Shown here: piece after piece, positions 58,520 through 64,000 of the stretch
How positions within the stretch are numbered: position 1 is the stretch's first letter
Layout: each line of letters begins with the position of its first letter
DNA from: Octopus vulgaris
Lineage: Eukaryota
Direction: 5' to 3'
Length of the DNA: 64,000 nucleotides
Assembly: GCA_951406725.2 (NCBI GenBank)
Contig: OX597838.1
Span: 3,906,001 to 3,970,000, forward strand
Notes under the pieces: model-generated
What the model was told of the DNA's origin: nothing
Databases searched by the model: none
Seen by the model: only the letters and a program-made list of their open reading frames with translations
Translations under genes and position numbers: made by a program

Positions 58520-58615
58520 CACACACACATATATATATATATATATGTTCACCTATCACGGTTTATTTTTTAAGCTTACGTCGATTCCATTGTGGTGAAT
58601 AAACAATAAAAGGTA

Positions 58616-58656
<41 letters not shown>

Positions 58657-59023
58657 GCAAAGAAGCAACCAGACACAATAAGAAGCCAACTTATTAAATG
58701 AACCCTTTTAGCAGTTTAAGGGATTAGATAGTTTATAGCTCCCACGAAATTTAATCCTTTGCTCCCTAGAAGCTAAATTGGATCAATCAATAACAAAAAC
58801 GCTTTCTTAGATATTTGTCTTTTGGTGCTTCTTGCGTTTTATCACACGCATGAACCGATGGCGGAACGCAAGACGCAACCAAGGAACAAGGCTTTGAGTA
58901 ATTTCTGTGTTTCTTTGTTAAGTTTTTGATTTCGTTTAAATACTAGGGAGCACGGAATTGGATATTAAGGTATTAAGGGTCTTATGCTCTTGTTATATTT
59001 CGTACATACATATATATATATAC

Positions 59024-59070
<47 letters not shown>

Positions 59071-59081
59071 CATATATATAC

Positions 59082-59130
<49 letters not shown>

Positions 59131-59208
59131 TAAAGTACGATTTATTCGTGATCAGAGGCGTTCGTAAACCGAGGTACTGCTATGTATATATATATATGTG
59201 TGTGTGTT

Positions 59209-59255
<47 letters not shown>

Positions 59256-59258
59256 AAG

Positions 59259-59538
59259 TGCAATGGCCCAGTGGTTAGGGCAGCGGACTTGCGGTCAGAG
59301 GATCGCGGTTTCGATTCCCAGATCGGGCGTTGTGTGTGTTTATTGAGCGAAAACTCCTAAAAGCTCCACGAGGCTCCGGCAGTGGGTGGTGGTGACCCCT
59401 GTTCTACTCTTTCGCCACAACTTTCTCTCACTCTCTCTTCCTGTTTCTTGGCGTCCCGTCCAGCTGGGGGGAACACGTGCGCCACAGAAATCGGGAAACC
59501 GGGCCCATGAGCCTGGCTAGGCTTGAAAATGGCGCATT
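59259..59538 (+). mobile_element. SINE family 3 with alternative tail
   Basis: Head as at 5305, tail as at 19490. Confidence 0.85.
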
Positions 59539-60127
59539 AAGTACCATTCAGGCACTGGGGTCGCTGTAATCGACATACTTTGTGCCAAAGTTTAAAACTA
59601 CTACTACTGCTGCTGCTGCTGCTACTGCTCTTACTACTACTACTCCTACTACTACTTTTACTACTGTTTTGACTAATGCCAAAAGCGTCTGTTTATGGCC
59701 AATAAAAAAGATTAGAATCTTTTAGCAAAATGAGAAATTACCAGTGTTAAAATTGCGGTGATTAAATCAAGGTTACCGAACTCTGAGCTATAAATTTATG
59801 TAAAGAGCTTTCGGAAAAGATGATAAAACGGTGAAATTTCTATCAAATGGAATCGGAATGAACTCAACCGAAATAACAAAAATTGGAAATCTTTCCTACC
59901 AAAATCTTACCAGAATATTTGCTTAAAATGACGATGAATTTGATATGAAGTCGTCTGAATTTGTCAATTGGTATTCTGGGGGAGTAAAGAATATTTTACT
60001 CCATAATTTCACAAAGATTCCAGGAACTTTTAAAAAAGCCTTTTTACATTTGTTTTTGTTTGTTTTTTTGTTTTTGTTTTTCCAGTTTCAGCTCTTGAGC
60101 TGTGGCCATGCTGGGGCACCGCCATTG

Positions 60128-60285
60128 TGGTGAAAGAGTACAGCAGGGATCACCACCCCCTGCCGGAGCCTCGTAGAGCTTTTAGGTGTTTTCGCTCAAT
60201 AAACACACACAACGCCCGGTCTGAGAACCGAAACCGCGATCCTGCGACCGCGAGTCCGCTGCCCTAACCACTAGGCCATTGCGCC
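60128..60285 (-). mobile_element. SINE family 3, 5' half
   Basis: Reverse complement of head. Confidence 0.85.
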
Positions 60286-60299
60286 TCTACATATATATA

Positions 60300-60524
60300 T
60301 CTCTTTTACTTGTTTCAGTCATTTGACTGCGGCCATGCTGGAGCACCGCCTTTAGTCGAGCAAATCGACCCCAGGACTTATTCTTTAGAAGCGTAGTACA
60401 TATTCCAGCGGTCTCTTTTGCCGAACCGCTAATTTACGGGGGCGTAAACACACCACCATCGGTTGTCAAGCGATGTTGGGGGGGGGACAGACACAGACAC
60501 ACAAACATATACACATACGTACAT

Positions 60525-60611
<87 letters not shown>

Positions 60612-60766
60612 CTTACATACGACGGGCTTCTTTCAGTTTCCGTCTACCAAATCCACTCACAAGGCTTTGGTCGGCCCGAAGCTATAGCAGAAGACAATTG
60701 CCCAAGGTGCCACGCGGTGGGAATGAACACAGAACCATGTGGATGGTAAGCAAGCTACTTACCACA
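60300..60766 (-). mobile_element. SINE family 1
   Basis: Consensus match; extreme 5' end abuts a MITE. Confidence 0.92.
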
Positions 60767-60984
60767 TATAGCAAAACAGGAAGTTGAAAAATGCATCGGT
60801 GTTTTTTATTCAACATTACACATGTTTCATTTGCTAATAGGAATTACATAGTTTTACCTAATCTGAAAGATTTCTAAAGGAAATCTTTTACATGTAAAAC
60901 TTTATAATTCCTATTAGCAAATGAAACATGTGTAATGGGGAATAAGTAACACCAAAAGATTTTCCGATTTCCTGCTTTGTTATA
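60767..60984. mobile_element. Fold-back MITE (TA-flanked)
   Basis: Whole ~215 bp is self-complementary, including a perfect 33-bp arm cattacacatgtttcatttgctaataggaatta. Confidence 0.8.
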
Positions 60985-61131
60985 GAATAAGTCTGCAAAC
61001 GGCATTTCCAGAGTTTTCAGTTTTAATGTGTACCAAACTACAGCAACCTACATACTGGATTGTAATAATGGAATAAGCAGATGTGCTTCAAGAGGAAACA
61101 GCTGAGATTTTACCCTACTTACCTAAATGTT

Positions 61132-61272
<141 letters not shown>

Positions 61273-62181
61273 AGCGGTTGTCAAATAAATTCGTTTGTTT
61301 CTTTTTGTCTTTTTATTACTTGCCACGTCATTGTAATGTTTCTATAAAACAGGTAAAGTTTACTCAAATTTCGAAAATGATGAATAAAAGTTGGAGAAGA
61401 AGATTAAAACTACAAAAACAAAAACATAAAACACTTTGATAAAAATATTTTTCGTATTGATTCAAATAACATTATCAAAGAAGTAAAACAGGAGTAGGTG
61501 TGGGGGTGGGTAAACAGAACGAATTTATCTGACAACCCAATAACTAGAAATAGAGAATTATCAGAGAGTTCTCCATATTTTCGAGATGCTAAATTTTTGT
61601 TTTAAAAACTGAATTATTTCTTAATATCACTATAGTATATATATTTGGGGGTAAAAATGTAAAACATTTGATCTTTTTGATGCGTGGCTATCAAAAAGTT
61701 ACTCATATGACGTTAAATATTTTTACTTAAAAATGTTACATAAAATATATTTTGAAAGATTAAAAACAAAGATTTTAGAGATTGTAAAATTTAAATATGC
61801 GTTTCCTAGTAACTAGGTTTTACTAAAAACTGCCAAAAAGATCATATTTGAAGTCGCTTCTTTTAGCATTTTTGCCTGATTTTTTTTTTGCGGGGTAGAG
61901 GGGGGGAGTTGGCTTCGTAATGTTCGTTTAAGGTAAAATATCTTCACTAATCTTAAAAATTAATATATAAATTATATTTCAGAGTTGAAAAACTTCAAAG
62001 AACCCGTATAATTTAATGCTTTAGTTCCTAATATCTAAATGTGATCAAAAACTCTCAAAAATGAGAAATGAAAAACACGAAACGATTCCTTGAAAAAAAA
62101 AAAAAAAAAGCTTGCTCCTAGGAACTTCATGCACAGAACCACCATTGCAAGCGAACTTTGGAATATGTTTTAAATCACTCA

Positions 62182-62247
<66 letters not shown>

Positions 62248-62735
62248 CACGACCGCAAGCACGCGTATGTACAGTCAAAGGTTATCTCTAAAATTAGGAA
62301 TGGTGTATTTTTCTATTCGTCTCTATTTTATATCTAATTTTCGAAAAACAGAATTTTATGTGGTTCCCTTCGTCATCTTCCCCCACCCTCACTCTTTGTA
62401 TCTAGCTCTCTTTCTCTCCGTATGTTATTGAATTTTACAATTTCCATAGGTGCAGGTGTATTAGGTGGCAAGAAGTCTCCTTCCCAACCACATGGTTCTG
62501 GGTTCAGTCCCACCACATGGTATCTTGGCCAAGTGTCTTCTACTATAGCTTTGTGTGTGGATTTGGTAGACGGAAACTGAAAGAAACCCGCCGTATATAA
62601 ATGTAATGCATATATATATGTATATATATATACACACACACACATATACATATATATATATATTTATATATCATAATGTGTGTGTGTATATATATATATA
62701 TGTATATTTAATGTGAGTATGTATTTTATATAATG

Positions 62736-62789
<54 letters not shown>

Positions 62790-62790
<1 letters not shown>

Positions 62791-62975
62791 GAAATGGTAA
62801 GACAACAAAAGAATGAAAGAGACCTCGATGTTATGTAAATAGAGGAATTTATCTGTAAATATAAAAATGTGACAATTATTCGGTAGCCAAGATAAAACTC
62901 CGAGTTTCTGCCCCGACATCCGAAACTCGGAGTTTTATCATGGCTACCGAATAATTGTCACATATTATATTTAGA
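62790..62975. mobile_element. Inverted pair of family B hammerhead-element 3' halves
   Basis: ~55 bp arms 62851-62908 / 62922-62972 starting at the GAAA; same sequence as 34915-35105; (TA)n on both sides. Confidence 0.75.
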
Positions 62976-62991
62976 TATATATATATGTATA

Positions 62992-63050
<59 letters not shown>

Positions 63051-63252
63051 TACAAAATTAGAGAATGGAGAAACATACTTAAATCAGTAAAACATCAACT
63101 ATCCGATGATACTCAATCCATACTTTAATACACCATTACATATGAGTAAAGGCAATATATAAAATGAAAAGAGATATACAGTAATAGTAAAAGTAAAAAG
63201 ATAAAGAGATATAAGTAAAAGATTTCAAATATAATATGCAAATAAATCAAAA

Positions 63253-63360
63253 CTGACAGCTGTTTCGGCAGTGAGGACAGTCATACCTCATTTAACCTAT
63301 AAGCCATAAAGGCAGGTATAAATGAGGCATTAACAAGGATGCCCCACGGCCTCTTCAGAG
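63253..63360 (-). ncRNA. Type I hammerhead motif with a large structured loop II
   Basis: Minus strand ct-CTGAAGA-ggc(~80 nt incl. cctcattta/taaatgagg stem)gcc-GAAA-cagctg-T-C-ag; GUC site, palindromic stem III, weak stem I; lies in a (TA)n-flanked block 63049-63490. Confidence 0.68.
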
Positions 63361-63486
63361 AATTAAATTAAATTTGTTATAATAGTGAAAAATATTATAT
63401 ATTTTGTTGGGTACCTATCTAGCAGTATATTGGATATATATTATCCCATGGTGGGTTGAATTTTCAACCCCTATCTCATTTTATAA

Positions 63487-63546
<60 letters not shown>

Positions 63547-63828
63547 ACAATATTCTTCCCAGTGAAAAGGACGCCAGGGGGCCGCAGGGGCGGGGCGTAT
63601 TTTAAATAGATTAGTCCTGACTGAGGAGACCTTTGACCAAAGGCGTTCCAGATGTGACCACCCCGTGCCAGTTTTATATCTAGGACAACGTGGTGCAATA
63701 TTATTTCATTCTTTTATAGTTTGAAAGTGTTAACTGCTTTGTCAAGGTGAAATGTCAGCGAGGGAGACAACATATGGTTTATTAACTTGTGATGTGAAAG
63801 AAAGAATTTTCAACAAAAATAATAGCAC

Positions 63829-63829
<1 letters not shown>

Positions 63830-63894
<65 letters not shown>

Positions 63895-63900
63895 CAATAA

Positions 63901-63989
<89 letters not shown>

Positions 63990-63990
63990 A
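63830..63990. repeat. (AAT)n followed by (ATT)n, a palindromic microsatellite
   Basis: Direct observation; axis near 63898. Confidence 0.9.
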
Positions 63991-64000
63991 CAATAATTGT

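Overview
Repeat-saturated, AT-rich metazoan DNA; the SINE families and microsatellite load look like an Octopus (coleoid cephalopod) genome, which is my inference. I found no intact host protein-coding exon, and almost all ORF-track entries are microsatellite translations. Supported content: dozens of tRNA-derived SINE copies (at least 4 families), two decayed mariner elements (one with two 5' ends), non-autonomous Helitrons, hAT-type, piggyBac-type and fold-back MITEs, a restriction-like-endonuclease retrotransposon remnant and a frameshifted Penelope-like RT remnant (43235-43700, -). The main hidden signal is about 13 loci carrying minimal type I hammerhead-ribozyme motifs or fragments from several unrelated short-element families. 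Four have a canonical core (35007, 40735, 45306, 63253), several share a CCGANGA (U4->C) variant, and many are head-to-head inverted pairs centred on the ribozyme, usually inside (TA)n tracts. A few unique CpG/CCAAT/E-box islands and a candidate non-coding exon suggest the 5' or intronic region of a gene (low confidence). Repeat boundaries are read by eye and approximate.
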